A stretch of DNA of 64,000 nucleotides from contig JBBILZ010000004.1 in NCBI GenBank assembly GCA_037444665.1, positions 17,077 through 81,076 on the forward strand. The letters are read 5' to 3'. The stretch comes from a candidate division WOR-3 bacterium. GTDB taxonomy: Bacteria > Hydrothermota > Tepidihabitantia > SM23-42 > JAOAFX01. The notes below the pieces were generated by a model, which worked only from the letters and a program-made list of their open reading frames with translations, was not told the origin of the DNA and did no database searches. Shown piece after piece: positions 42,609 through 52,250 of the stretch. How positions within the stretch are numbered: position 1 is the first letter of the stretch; every line of letters begins with the position of its first letter. The translations under genes were made by a program, and so were the position numbers.

Positions 42609-43693
42609 ACTAAATACTCCTTTTTAATATCACCTTTCTCTGCATATAGTCCATTGGCAAAATCGGGCATTTCTTTAAGGGCTGATTCAAAACCCAGCTC
42701 AGCAATAACACGGAGATATGGAAAGATTCCTGAAGAAATTGCATGTGTTGCAGTGCGCGCAACCAATGTTGTAGCATTCGGCATACAGAAATGGACAACG
42801 CCATCAATTGAATAAATAAATCGTCCGGTCGGCGTGATCTTCGCAGTCTCTATGGAACCACCCTGGTCAATATCAAAATCAATAATCACCGAGCCCTTCT
42901 TCATTGTCTTTACCATATCTGAGGTAACTAATACGGGCGTCCTTTTGCCAGGCACGAGGACTGCGCCAATCACAACATCAGCAAATCTTACGAGTTTCTC
43001 AAGATTATGCCTTGTGGAGAACATCGTGGTAATTCTGGTACCTATTGTATGACACATCAGGTTATCAAGTTTATCCCTTACCACATCAACAATATAGACA
43101 TTGGCACCAAGCGAGGCAAAACTGATTGCTGCATTTGAACCAAGTGTGCCGCAACCTAAAATCACAACCTCTGCTGAAGGTATACCTGGTAAACCACCAA
43201 GCAAAATTCCCCTACCACCACCAGGTGATTCCAGGAGTCTACCCGCAAGTTGAACTGAAAGTTTCCCTGCCATCTCACTCATCGGTATTACAATAGATCG
43301 GAAGAGCTCTTCGCGCTGGACGATTTCGTATCCCACAAGTGTAATCTTCTTTTCCCTTATTACCTGAAAAAACTCTTTTGTTGCGGTTACAAGGTGCATA
43401 AACCCCATTATTATCTGTCCATCTTTTATTAAAGAGTATTCTTCTTGCTGGGGTCTGCGAACTTTAAGCACAATATCAGCACGGCGATATGCCTCTTCTT
43501 TTGAATATACTATCTCTGCACCAGCCTTTATATATTCTTCATCAGTAAATCCTGCACCCTCACCCGCACCGGTTTCCACATAAACCTTTGCTCCATAAAT
43601 GAGCAATTCTTTTACCGCCATCGGTGAAAAACCAACTCTATATTCAGGAACTTCTTTGAATGGCGGTAATTCTCTTGGTATTCCAAAATTCAT
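42605..43693 (-). CDS. Alanine dehydrogenase-like protein
   Basis: E.RV...P, HL, PMSE.AG, IDQGG; KVKEP motif reads KVRRP. Confidence 0.75.
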   Translation of the reverse strand: MNFGIPRELPPFKEVPEYRVGFSPMAVKELLIYGAKVYVETGAGEGAGFTDEEYIKAGAEIVYSKEEAYRRADIVLKVRRPQQEEYSLIKDGQIIMGFMHLVTATKEFFQVIREKKITLVGYEIVQREELFRSIVIPMSEMAGKLSVQLAGRLLESPGGGRGILLGGLPGIPSAEVVILGCGTLGSNAAISFASLGANVYIVDVVRDKLDNLMCHTIGTRITTMFSTRHNLEKLVRFADVVIGAVLVPGKRTPVLVTSDMVKTMKKGSVIIDFDIDQGGSIETAKITPTGRFIYSIDGVVHFCMPNATTLVARTATHAISSGIFPYLRVIAELGFESALKEMPDFANGLYAEKGDIKKEYLV

Positions 43694-43703
43694 TGAGCCT
43701 CCT

Positions 43704-45335
43704 CTAAATATTTCTGTTCAAAGACCTTATCCTGGGCACATTTCGTATTGCCTCTTCAATCATAAATCCTGACAGGATAAGCAAAATTATAGAAATTGCG
43801 CCCAGCATAATTTTTTGTGCAGATAAAAACTTAATTGTTTGTAGCACTAATGATACAATGGTAACTACAAGCATAAATATTGCCGGAATTAATGTATACA
43901 AAGTTGTTTTTTTTCTGCTCATAAGCCAGGTTGTAACAACCAGCAATGCTAAAGCAGCAACGAGCTGATTAGATGCACCAAATACAGGCCAGATACTCTG
44001 CCATGGTCCTAAAGCGAGATAGGTTGCCAACCCAATGACGACCAAACTATTTATATATATATTTTTCATAAACCCGATCCTGAACCGCTCACCAAAAAGT
44101 TCGGTGCCAATATAACGGGTAATCCTTGTTGCTGTGTCCAGAGTTGTGACAATAAATGTTTTGAGCATTGTAATACCAATAAACATTCCTAAAAAACCAA
44201 GCAGTGGCTTTGTAATCTCACCATATCCTTTTCCAAATGCTACAATCCAGTTACCACCTTTTATCAATTCCGGATAGACAAAGCCTTCTGGACCTCCAAA
44301 CCAGTAAAGACCAGCACAGACCGAAATCACTGCGAGCACGCTCAAGACACCTTCGGTGATCATTGCACCATAACCAACCCTCTTCGCATCCCTTTCATTG
44401 TTCAACTGTTTTGATGTGGTTCCACTGGCAACAAGGGAATGGAAACCTGATATTGCACCACAGGCGATCGTAACAAACATCATCGGAAATAAAAGACCTT
44501 CGCTTCCGGGAAAACTTACAAATGCCGGTGTTTTAATAACCGGATGGGTAATGATTATTCCGATATATCCCACAATCAGTCCAAAGAACAAAACAAAAAA
44601 CGAAAGATAATCCCTGGGTTGTAGTATAATATTTACGGGCAGGATAGAGGCAGTATATGCATAGGCAATCAAAAGCGTAAAGAGCCAGCCATGATAGGTC
44701 CATTTTATCGGTAAATACCAGCCAAGAAGAATGAGTCCGCATAAAATTAGTATACCAACAACTGTTGCAGTAATTGAGTTCACACGCCAGCGATAGAGCA
44801 TAAGACCTGTAAGAATTGCTGTTGGAATAATACCGAATGTTGGAATGACAATCTCGGGCGTGGTTTCAAGGGTCTTCGCAGCAGAGGCAGCGAACACTGC
44901 AATAACCAGAATTAGAGAGAGCCAGATAAAAAGCGAAAATATTATCTTTGCCCTTACGCCCATTGTCGTTTCAGTGGTATCACCGATAGAACGGCCATCG
45001 CTTCTAATTGAAACCATCAAACTTGAAAAATCATGTATACCACCAATAAAGATTGAACCAAAGATTATCCAGAGTATTGCCGGACCCCAACCCCATATTG
45101 CACAGGCTATAACCGGACCAAGAATTGGTCCCGCACCCGCAATAGAAGAAAAATGGTGGCCAAATAAAACTAACCAGTTCTTTGCCGGTACATAATCAAC
45201 ACCATCATATTTATAATGTGCTGGTGTCTTATTTTGTGGGTTAACATCAAATAATCTTTCAATTATTCTGCCATAATAACGATAACCAAGCATAAAGAGC
45301 AGAATGGCAAAGAATGCAATAAAAAGAGAATTCAT
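43704..45335 (-). CDS. cstA: Carbon starvation CstA transporter
   Basis: DGVDYVP..LFGHHFSSIAGAGPI.GP; IACGAISGFH. Confidence 0.92.
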   Translation of the reverse strand: MNSLFIAFFAILLFMLGYRYYGRIIERLFDVNPQNKTPAHYKYDGVDYVPAKNWLVLFGHHFSSIAGAGPILGPVIACAIWGWGPAILWIIFGSIFIGGIHDFSSLMVSIRSDGRSIGDTTETTMGVRAKIIFSLFIWLSLILVIAVFAASAAKTLETTPEIVIPTFGIIPTAILTGLMLYRWRVNSITATVVGILILCGLILLGWYLPIKWTYHGWLFTLLIAYAYTASILPVNIILQPRDYLSFFVLFFGLIVGYIGIIITHPVIKTPAFVSFPGSEGLLFPMMFVTIACGAISGFHSLVASGTTSKQLNNERDAKRVGYGAMITEGVLSVLAVISVCAGLYWFGGPEGFVYPELIKGGNWIVAFGKGYGEITKPLLGFLGMFIGITMLKTFIVTTLDTATRITRYIGTELFGERFRIGFMKNIYINSLVVIGLATYLALGPWQSIWPVFGASNQLVAALALLVVTTWLMSRKKTTLYTLIPAIFMLVVTIVSLVLQTIKFLSAQKIMLGAISIILLILSGFMIEEAIRNVPRIRSLNRNI

Positions 45336-45345
45336 TCAGCCTCCT

Positions 45346-46899
45346 CTAAAATATGCTCTTCTCTTTATACTCTCCATAAACCTCACGCAGAATGTGCGAA
45401 ATCTCGCCAACACTTGCATATAATCTCACACAATGAAGAATATATTCCATCAAATTATCTCCATTCTCTGCAGCAGACTTTAACTGTCTCAGACTTTCTT
45501 TAATCTTCTTGTTATCCCTTTTTGATAATACTGCTTTCAAACGCCCGATCTGTTTATTAACGACCGCAGGATTTACCTTTAAAATCTTCTGCCTCTTCTT
45601 TTCTTCACTCTTATATTTATTAACACCTAAAATATTTATTTCACCTTTTTCAATCTTTTGCTGGTAAATATAGGCGCTCTGATGAATTTCTTTCTGAAAA
45701 TAACCCTGTTCAATTGCCCTGACCGCACCACCCATTGATTCAATCTTATCAAGATAATCCTTTGCCTCTTTTTCAATAATTCTGGTCATAGATTCAATGG
45801 CATACGAACCACCCAGTGGATCAACAATATCAGGGATTGATGTTTCATAACCAATAATCTGTTGGGTGCGCAGGGCAAGTTTTACAGATTCCTCTGTAGG
45901 TAGACCAAGGGCTTCGTCATAAGAGTTTGTATGCAATGACTGGGTGCCACCAAGAACAGCAGCAAGCGCCTGATATGCAACCCTGATTGCATTGTTCACT
46001 GGTTCCTGGGCAGTAAGGGTTGAACCACCGGTCTGGGTGTGAAATCTCAACATACAGGAACGATTATTCTTTGCACCAAATTTTTCCCGCATAATCCTTG
46101 CCCATAACCTCCTTGCGGCACGGAACTTGGCAACCTCTTCAAGAAAATTATTATGGCAATTAAAGAAAAAGGAGAGCCTCGGGGCAAAATAATCAACATC
46201 AAGGCCCCTTTTTATTGCCTCTTTTACATAGGTAATACTATTGGCAAATGTAAATGCGACTTCCTGTACTGCAGTTGCACCTGCCTCGCGGATATGATAA
46301 CCTGAAATAGATATCGTATTCCACTTGGGAAGATTTTTACTACAATAATCAATCAAATCAATGGTCAATTTAAGTGATGGTTCAGGTGGGAAGATATATG
46401 TGCCACGGGCGATATATTCCTTCAGGATGTCGTTCTGAACTGTTCCTTCAAGCACTGATGGTGAAATCCCCTGTTTTTCAGCAACTGCGATATACATACA
46501 CAAAAGGATTGAAGCAGTGGCATTAATCGTCATTGAAGTGCTGACTCTATCAAGGGGTATACCATCAAATAGAATCTCCATATCGGCAAGGGTATCAATT
46601 GCAACACCGGTTCTGCCAACTTCACCTTCTGCCATTGGTTCATTAGAATCATAACCCATCTGGGTAGGTAAGTCAAAGGCAACAGAGAGCCCGGTCTGAC
46701 CCTGTTTTAAGAGATATTTATATCGCCGATTTGACTCCTCAGCAGTGCCAAAACCTGCATACTGGCGCATCGTCCACAATTTACCCGAATACATTGTTGA
46801 ATAGATGCCCCTGGTAAATGGATAGTCACCAGGATTACCCAGGTCCCGGGTATATTCTAAATCTTTAATATCTTCAGGAGTAAATAACATGGATGCCAA
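45346..46899 (-). CDS. Methylmalonyl-CoA mutase large subunit (substrate-binding domain only)
   Basis: [25 protein letters not shown]; Tyr/Arg specificity residues. Confidence 0.9.
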   Translation of the reverse strand: MASMLFTPEDIKDLEYTRDLGNPGDYPFTRGIYSTMYSGKLWTMRQYAGFGTAEESNRRYKYLLKQGQTGLSVAFDLPTQMGYDSNEPMAEGEVGRTGVAIDTLADMEILFDGIPLDRVSTSMTINATASILLCMYIAVAEKQGISPSVLEGTVQNDILKEYIARGTYIFPPEPSLKLTIDLIDYCSKNLPKWNTISISGYHIREAGATAVQEVAFTFANSITYVKEAIKRGLDVDYFAPRLSFFFNCHNNFLEEVAKFRAARRLWARIMREKFGAKNNRSCMLRFHTQTGGSTLTAQEPVNNAIRVAYQALAAVLGGTQSLHTNSYDEALGLPTEESVKLALRTQQIIGYETSIPDIVDPLGGSYAIESMTRIIEKEAKDYLDKIESMGGAVRAIEQGYFQKEIHQSAYIYQQKIEKGEINILGVNKYKSEEKKRQKILKVNPAVVNKQIGRLKAVLSKRDNKKIKESLRQLKSAAENGDNLMEYILHCVRLYASVGEISHILREVYGEYKEKSIF

Positions 46900-47010
46900 T
46901 CAATTATCTACAATTTTTGCTAAGTGTCAATGGGGTAAAATTGAAAAGAATGTTAATCTTTGGATGAACTCTAAAATCTTATTTGTGGGGTTAAACTCTG
47001 CGGTTATATT

Positions 47011-47631
47011 TTATTCTATAATAATCAGTTTATCTTTGCTATTTACTGTTTGCCCTTTTTGAACAAAAATTTTCTTTATGACACCATCTCTCGGCGCCTT
47101 GAACTCATTCTGCATCTTCATTGCCTCAATAATCACCAAACCCTGCCCTTTCTTGACGGCGTCTCCTTCACTTACCTCAACTTCAATCACCAAACCTGGC
47201 ATCGGTGCAGTAATAATTGTCTCTTTTTTATGAACAGCATCTGCACCAGCCTTTAATACCCGGGCAATCTTTTCATCAACGACTTCAAAAGTATATTTAT
47301 CACGGTCAACTGCAATCACCAAACCTGGCATCGGTGCAGTAATAATTGTCTCTTTTTTATGAACAGCATCTGCACCAGCCTTTAATACCCGGGCAATCTT
47401 TTCATCAACGACTTCAAAAGTATATTCATCACGGTCAACTGCAATTTTATTATCCTTGCCAATGTGAATCTGATATGGTCTATTATTGATTATCAGGGTC
47501 AGTGTTTCTTTATCAATGTCTACTACCTCCACCTGAATATTTTTACCATTCAAGGAAACCACATAACTATTCCCTGATTTCTCAATATCGCACTTAAATT
47601 CCTTATCATCAATTTTCACAATATACGCCAT
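47011..47631 (-). CDS. Biotin carboxyl carrier protein with a 43-aa internal duplication
   Basis: APMPG...EAMKM. Confidence 0.9.
   Translation of the reverse strand: MAYIVKIDDKEFKCDIEKSGNSYVVSLNGKNIQVEVVDIDKETLTLIINNRPYQIHIGKDNKIAVDRDEYTFEVVDEKIARVLKAGADAVHKKETIITAPMPGLVIAVDRDKYTFEVVDEKIARVLKAGADAVHKKETIITAPMPGLVIEVEVSEGDAVKKGQGLVIIEAMKMQNEFKAPRDGVIKKIFVQKGQTVNSKDKLIIIE
47184..47445. repeat. 129-bp tandem duplication
   Basis: Units start at 47184 and 47313; one substitution; CAAT junction microhomology. Confidence 0.9.
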
Positions 47632-47722
47632 ATTCTCCCCTGTTGATTAATGACTTTTTCCAAGGATTGCCTCAAGTTTGACACTTTTTAAACCCTTTAG
47701 TATTCTTTTTAGTATTATCTCA

Positions 47723-47905
47723 TCACGGTGCATAGACGCCCTTTCTTATTCTCCGTAAAAGAAATCGTCTGGGCCAGGATTTTGGCTTTAATAGATTCCT
47801 GAGCATCAAATGTAGATCATGGGGTGGGATGTCAGGAAATCTTTTAGCGAGTTTTTTTTGGTATTTTAACAGAGGCTCAAAGAATCTTTTCTCGGCTAAT
47901 TTCAT
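47723..47905 (-). CDS. Small basic hypothetical protein
   Basis: TTGACT..TATAAT 6 nt before the ATG. Confidence 0.5.
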   Translation of the reverse strand: MKLAEKRFFEPLLKYQKKLAKRFPDIPPHDLHLMLRNLLKPKSWPRRFLLRRIRKGVYAP

Positions 47906-48013
47906 AGCATTATTATATCTATGCAATCAATGTAGTCAAGTTCCCGATTTTCGCCAAAAATAGTATGAATAATCGGATTTAAAACTTTCTCAACACCCTG
48001 CCAAAGATATTTC

Positions 48014-48093
48014 GCATAACGTCTTGCGGATAAAAGAAGTTGCCAAAGGCAATTTGGAGAAATCTTTGATTTCCCTTTTATCCGCTGTTATAT
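48014..48093 (-). mobile_element. attC site 1
   Basis: ATATAAC..GCGGATAAAAG...CTTTTATCCGC..GTTATGC imperfect palindrome just after the HNH gene. Confidence 0.85.
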
Positions 48094-48110
48094 GAAGTGG
48101 CGTTGTTGAT

Positions 48111-48479
48111 TCATTTAGTTTCTCCCTTGTTCGCTTTTCTCAAATCCTCTAAAGTACCTCGTCTAACTGTATCGTGACAATTTGCACACAGCACTACCTT
48201 AATTTTTTTCTCGGGATCTGCATGATGGACTTGAAGAACAAACGGTCTACTATCACCACAAACAATACATCTACCCGGTGGCGCCTTTTCTTTTAATGCC
48301 TTTAAAAATTCCACTTTTTCAGGTTCCCACTGTTTATTTTTCACTTTTGCAGCGACTTTTCTAGCACCTTTCTTACGCTTTCTTGTATACGCAGCTTTTA
48401 TTCCCGGGCCTTTACCTCTCATTGTTTCCCATGCCTTTTTCGCTGGGCTTTTTTCTTCATTTTGGCCAATTTTTATCAT
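48111..48479 (-). CDS. HNH endonuclease-like cassette protein
   Basis: CIVC..VHH..LCANCH; basic N-terminal AKKAWET/AAYTRKR segments. Confidence 0.75.
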   Translation of the reverse strand: MIKIGQNEEKSPAKKAWETMRGKGPGIKAAYTRKRKKGARKVAAKVKNKQWEPEKVEFLKALKEKAPPGRCIVCGDSRPFVLQVHHADPEKKIKVVLCANCHDTVRRGTLEDLRKANKGETK

Positions 48480-48526
48480 TTATTTCCTCCTTTTGTTAAA
48501 ATGAAATCATTATCATACCGGCAGAT

Positions 48527-48592
48527 TCTTTTCCAATTCTTATCCCCTTCCTAACCTGCACTACCTCAAACATAATTTTATTATATCAACAA
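48527..48592. repeat. 66-bp exact direct repeat with promoter, copy 1
   Basis: Identical to 53694-53759. Confidence 0.9.
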
Positions 48593-48653
48593 TCTAAAAG
48601 AATCAAGCATTACTATATTTAAAACTTTCTAAAAACCCACCCGAAGTTATTTC

Positions 48654-48738
48654 ACATAACGTATGCGGACATACGAAGTACGAGGTGTAGCCGAGTATTT
48701 GGGCGGAGCAAAGTGTAGCCATATGGCCGCTGTTAAGT
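48654..48738 (-). mobile_element. attC site 2
   Basis: ACTTAAC..GCGGCCATA...TATGTCCGC..GTTATGT. Confidence 0.8.
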
Positions 48739-48815
48739 GAGTGTGATAGCATTGAGCTAAGAAAGTTGGCAAAAGTCGCAAAGGTTGTCTCTCTATATTT
48801 TTGTTTAAATGAATG

Positions 48816-49997
48816 TCAGCATCCACCGGGATTCCTGTAGATATCATCGTGCTCTCCAATTCTAAGCAATTCCCATTGTCCGTTAAGAGGTCGCATGGCT
48901 AGTCTATACCTTCTATCTATTCTGATAGTGAATACTGTGTCGCATCCCTTAATCTTCTCAAAATTCAACCCTGTATGATGTACACTATATTCAAGCATCT
49001 GCAAGGCCTTTTCTAATTTAGGCCTTATTTGCGGTATCTTTTGGATGCCCTTCTCAAATGTGGGTGATTTAATAATCTCAGAGCGTTCAATTGACGTAAG
49101 AAATCGTATTACGTATTGAGGAATGCTGATGGTTTGTACAATATATATAGGTACATCTCCAAAGAGTACATCCTGACAACGACAATCGAACAAAGACTCC
49201 AATGGTACTAAACTTCTACGTCCACTTCTCCCATTACTGATAGATGTGCCTAATTCACGTCTACCTCTCGAAAAATTCCTTCCCAGATACTGGTCAAATG
49301 CTGAGTAGCCATTAGGTTGATTTCTCATAAAACCTCTGAGCTGGCGACGAACATCTTTTCCTTGAAACCTATTATAAGCAAAAGCATTGGCAAGTGCTTC
49401 TTCAATGGGTTCATCTGCGTTACGAGGATTCAGATATACATTCTTGACATAGTCGGTATAGTAAGGCGTTCGAAAGTCTGTACCAACTTCAAGAACTGAA
49501 GCCGCAATATCCGTTATAAAATGGAAAAACTCATGAAGAAACAACAATCGGAATCCTTGTTGGAGTTGATCCAGCATATTAAAGGAACGACCATAGCGTG
49601 ATGTTTGTCCTACGCCTCTGAAAACATTTTGAGCAAGATAATAGATACCTTTATCAAGAATATATATCCCCCAACGATTTGAGGGATGCCAGTGAAAAGA
49701 ACGATACCATGCTAAAACGTCAATACCTTCTCTAATAACTTTTCCTTCAATGTCTTGAACATTGATGTTGGGTATCTCCTCAAGATCACCGTTTGGAATC
49801 AAGATATAGTCTCCTATATTAGAAAATCTTCTTGGTGTTTCTTCCCAGTCATTCTTCCACGATGGGGAATAGTTTGGTTCGGATCGTGTAATTCTGTCTC
49901 CATTCTCACGTTCTCTGCGATGGACATGATGCTCTGGTGGGAGTTCGTTGACCAATTGGTGCTCTTCCAACAAGCAGATTATCTCACTTACGTTCAT
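48816..49997 (-). CDS. HExxH zincin-like domain fused to a C-terminal RelE/ParE-like domain
   Basis: HEFFH..EEALAN; C-terminus GLNFEKIKG..FTIRIDRRYRL..IGEHDDIY. Confidence 0.65.
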   Translation of the reverse strand: MNVSEIICLLEEHQLVNELPPEHHVHRRERENGDRITRSEPNYSPSWKNDWEETPRRFSNIGDYILIPNGDLEEIPNINVQDIEGKVIREGIDVLAWYRSFHWHPSNRWGIYILDKGIYYLAQNVFRGVGQTSRYGRSFNMLDQLQQGFRLLFLHEFFHFITDIAASVLEVGTDFRTPYYTDYVKNVYLNPRNADEPIEEALANAFAYNRFQGKDVRRQLRGFMRNQPNGYSAFDQYLGRNFSRGRRELGTSISNGRSGRRSLVPLESLFDCRCQDVLFGDVPIYIVQTISIPQYVIRFLTSIERSEIIKSPTFEKGIQKIPQIRPKLEKALQMLEYSVHHTGLNFEKIKGCDTVFTIRIDRRYRLAMRPLNGQWELLRIGEHDDIYRNPGGC

Positions 49998-50038
49998 TTC
50001 TTACACCCCTTATTTTTTTAAACCTTTACCCCGATTTC

Positions 50039-50148
50039 ACTTAACGGTCGCGGATATCTGAAGTTCCGAGCAGGCGCGCGTAAGCGTGCAAGTGAGGAAT
50101 TTGGACGAACAATTGCAACGAAGTGAACCAGATATTCGCGTGTTAGGC
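50039..50148 (-). mobile_element. attC site 3
   Basis: GCCTAAC..CGCGAATATCTG...CAGATATCCGCG..GTTAAGT. Confidence 0.85.
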
Positions 50149-50223
50149 GAGGGTGAGCCGAAGTAGAAAGTGTAACGACCCCGAACGACCGAAAGGAGCG
50201 ATTCTTTTTGCTTGGCAGTGATT

Positions 50224-50871
50224 CTAAATTCTTTGGCATATTTCTATTAACCTTTTAATTTTTTGTTGAAGATCTTTAAGATCTTTGGTTTTCTTTGGAT
50301 ACCACTCGGCATTGTTGGCACCGGATGGATGTGGTAAATATATCCTATCTATAGAAATACTTTTGTTTTCTATTATCCACTTCTCGACATCTTTACCCAA
50401 ACAAATTATAGCTTTTATCTGTTTTTGCATTTTGATAATTTCTTCTTTCAACCATTTATCTGCACATTTTTTTGTAAATTTATTTTTTTCATCTGTTGGA
50501 CATTTATGAAAATGCGTCCAATATGTAACTTTAAATATTTTGAACAAATCGTCCGTATCTATCTCTATATTTTTTCTTTTACAGAATTTTGTAATTTTTA
50601 AAATCAACGAAAAAGGAATTGCAGCAGAAAACAAAATGCGACGCATTTCATCGGGTTTATACCTTGCGGCATAATTATATATGGAAACAAAGTCAATAGT
50701 TGGATCTCTTGAGATTAATAAAATCTTTGTCCTATACCTATAAGGAGGAGGAATTAGAATGATAGGTAAATTGTTTTTCTCTTTAAAAGGGCAATCTTCC
50801 GGGCATTTCTCTCTTGCTATTCTTATATATTTCTTTTTCTTTATAGTCATAATATCATTTTCCTTAACCAA
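50224..50871 (-). CDS. Uracil-DNA glycosylase superfamily protein
   Basis: LLISRDP, YWTHFHKC, ICLG, LPHPSG. Confidence 0.75.
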   Translation of the reverse strand: MVKENDIMTIKKKKYIRIAREKCPEDCPFKEKNNLPIILIPPPYRYRTKILLISRDPTIDFVSIYNYAARYKPDEMRRILFSAAIPFSLILKITKFCKRKNIEIDTDDLFKIFKVTYWTHFHKCPTDEKNKFTKKCADKWLKEEIIKMQKQIKAIICLGKDVEKWIIENKSISIDRIYLPHPSGANNAEWYPKKTKDLKDLQQKIKRLIEICQRI

Positions 50872-50881
50872 GTAAAATGTC

Positions 50882-50970
50882 GCTTAACGTTTTGCGACTA
50901 TCCAAAGCTCCGCCGAAGGCGGAATTTGGGTAAACACCATACACCACGAACCTTTTATGCTGTGTTATAT
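50882..50970 (-). mobile_element. attC site 4 (degenerate or chimeric)
   Basis: ATATAAC...GTTAAGC with the family's CCAAATTCC..GG core; arms pair poorly. Confidence 0.6.
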
Positions 50971-51008
50971 GCCGTTGGTCGCCGTTTGCCATCGGGAAAA
51001 TTCTCCTA

Positions 51009-52238
51009 TTATAAAGATTTAATAACATCCTTACAGGATAAAAATTGAATTATATCCGCAACATAATCTCTTATATTGTAATCCTCACCTGACGATTTAA
51101 TGATTATTTCTGCAGGAATGGGTCTTATTTCTAACAGATTCTTATCGTAATCTTTTATTTTTTGGATGATGCTATCCGTAACGTCTTCCAATATTTTATT
51201 ATTTCTACTTAATTGAAATTTTTTGACTTCCGATAAAATTTCATTATTTTTCAAAATTGAGATTACATAATTGTTTAAGTTCTTATTTTTCTTAAAATTT
51301 TGATCCAATACCGCTCGTTCACTCATTGTAATTATCTGCCCCAGCCACAAATCATCGTATAACATCTCTTCCAATTGTTTCTTAAAATACGCAATATTGT
51401 GCTTTTGCTCGCCTACAAAAAGGCTTTTAATAACTTCATTTCCATAAACAGCGACAATATTTACCTTTATTCCATCAATTATAAATTCTATAAGAAATGC
51501 CTTTTCAGGTTGCTTTTTTTCATCAACATTATGTTTAATATTTTTATCTTTCAGGGTTTTGATTATGTCGTTTTTGCCTCTCAATAAACCATTATAGCAG
51601 AGTCCCCATTCTTCATCTTTTTGCGTTGTGGCAGGCTCTCCTTGAATATCAAACAAGATCCCTCCAATGAGAAAAATATTTCTTATACCGGCATTCTTAA
51701 CGCAATTTCTAAAAGATCGGTCCCCAATGATCAACTTTGTGAATTTATTAAATTTTTCCATTAATTCAACCCTTCCAGCAGTACAACCAGAATAAACTTT
51801 CATTTTCAACTCACAAAAGGCAAGGTTATCTTTGCTTTTATTAACGATGTCAAATTTTTGTTTTGTTAGTTCAGACTCTTCCAATTTGCTGGTTTGTCCC
51901 AACCACTGAGGAAGTTTCATTAAGACAAATTCAAACTCCATCTTTTCTGATGTTCCTAATTCCTCTAATAGTTTGGCAACAAGACTTCCTCTTCCCGCCT
52001 GACTATGTTGATAATAAGATGTTATTGTTAACAGAGACTCATAGAAACTATACAAGTTGTCACTTATGAGTGATGCCTGAGATAATCCATGGAAGATCTC
52101 ATCAAAAATATTAAAAATTGATTCTAAATCAATAGTCCTTTTAAACATTTCTTGGACTCTTTTCAAGTACATTCTTTTGAGCCCGGCTTCTATTTCGTTT
52201 TTTGGTTCTGTGCTGATGAGTAATTTTCTAAGTTGCAT
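51009..52238 (-). CDS. Putative type II restriction endonuclease
   Basis: FD(x10)ELK PD-(D/E)xK-like motif; directly downstream of the MTase. Confidence 0.6.
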   Translation of the reverse strand: MQLRKLLISTEPKNEIEAGLKRMYLKRVQEMFKRTIDLESIFNIFDEIFHGLSQASLISDNLYSFYESLLTITSYYQHSQAGRGSLVAKLLEELGTSEKMEFEFVLMKLPQWLGQTSKLEESELTKQKFDIVNKSKDNLAFCELKMKVYSGCTAGRVELMEKFNKFTKLIIGDRSFRNCVKNAGIRNIFLIGGILFDIQGEPATTQKDEEWGLCYNGLLRGKNDIIKTLKDKNIKHNVDEKKQPEKAFLIEFIIDGIKVNIVAVYGNEVIKSLFVGEQKHNIAYFKKQLEEMLYDDLWLGQIITMSERAVLDQNFKKNKNLNNYVISILKNNEILSEVKKFQLSRNNKILEDVTDSIIQKIKDYDKNLLEIRPIPAEIIIKSSGEDYNIRDYVADIIQFLSCKDVIKSL

Positions 52239-52250
52239 AATTTACACTCT

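Noticed and set aside
50018..50239. Small ORFs over attC sites (also 48647-48859)
   Set aside because: They span palindromic recombination sites and have no coding features
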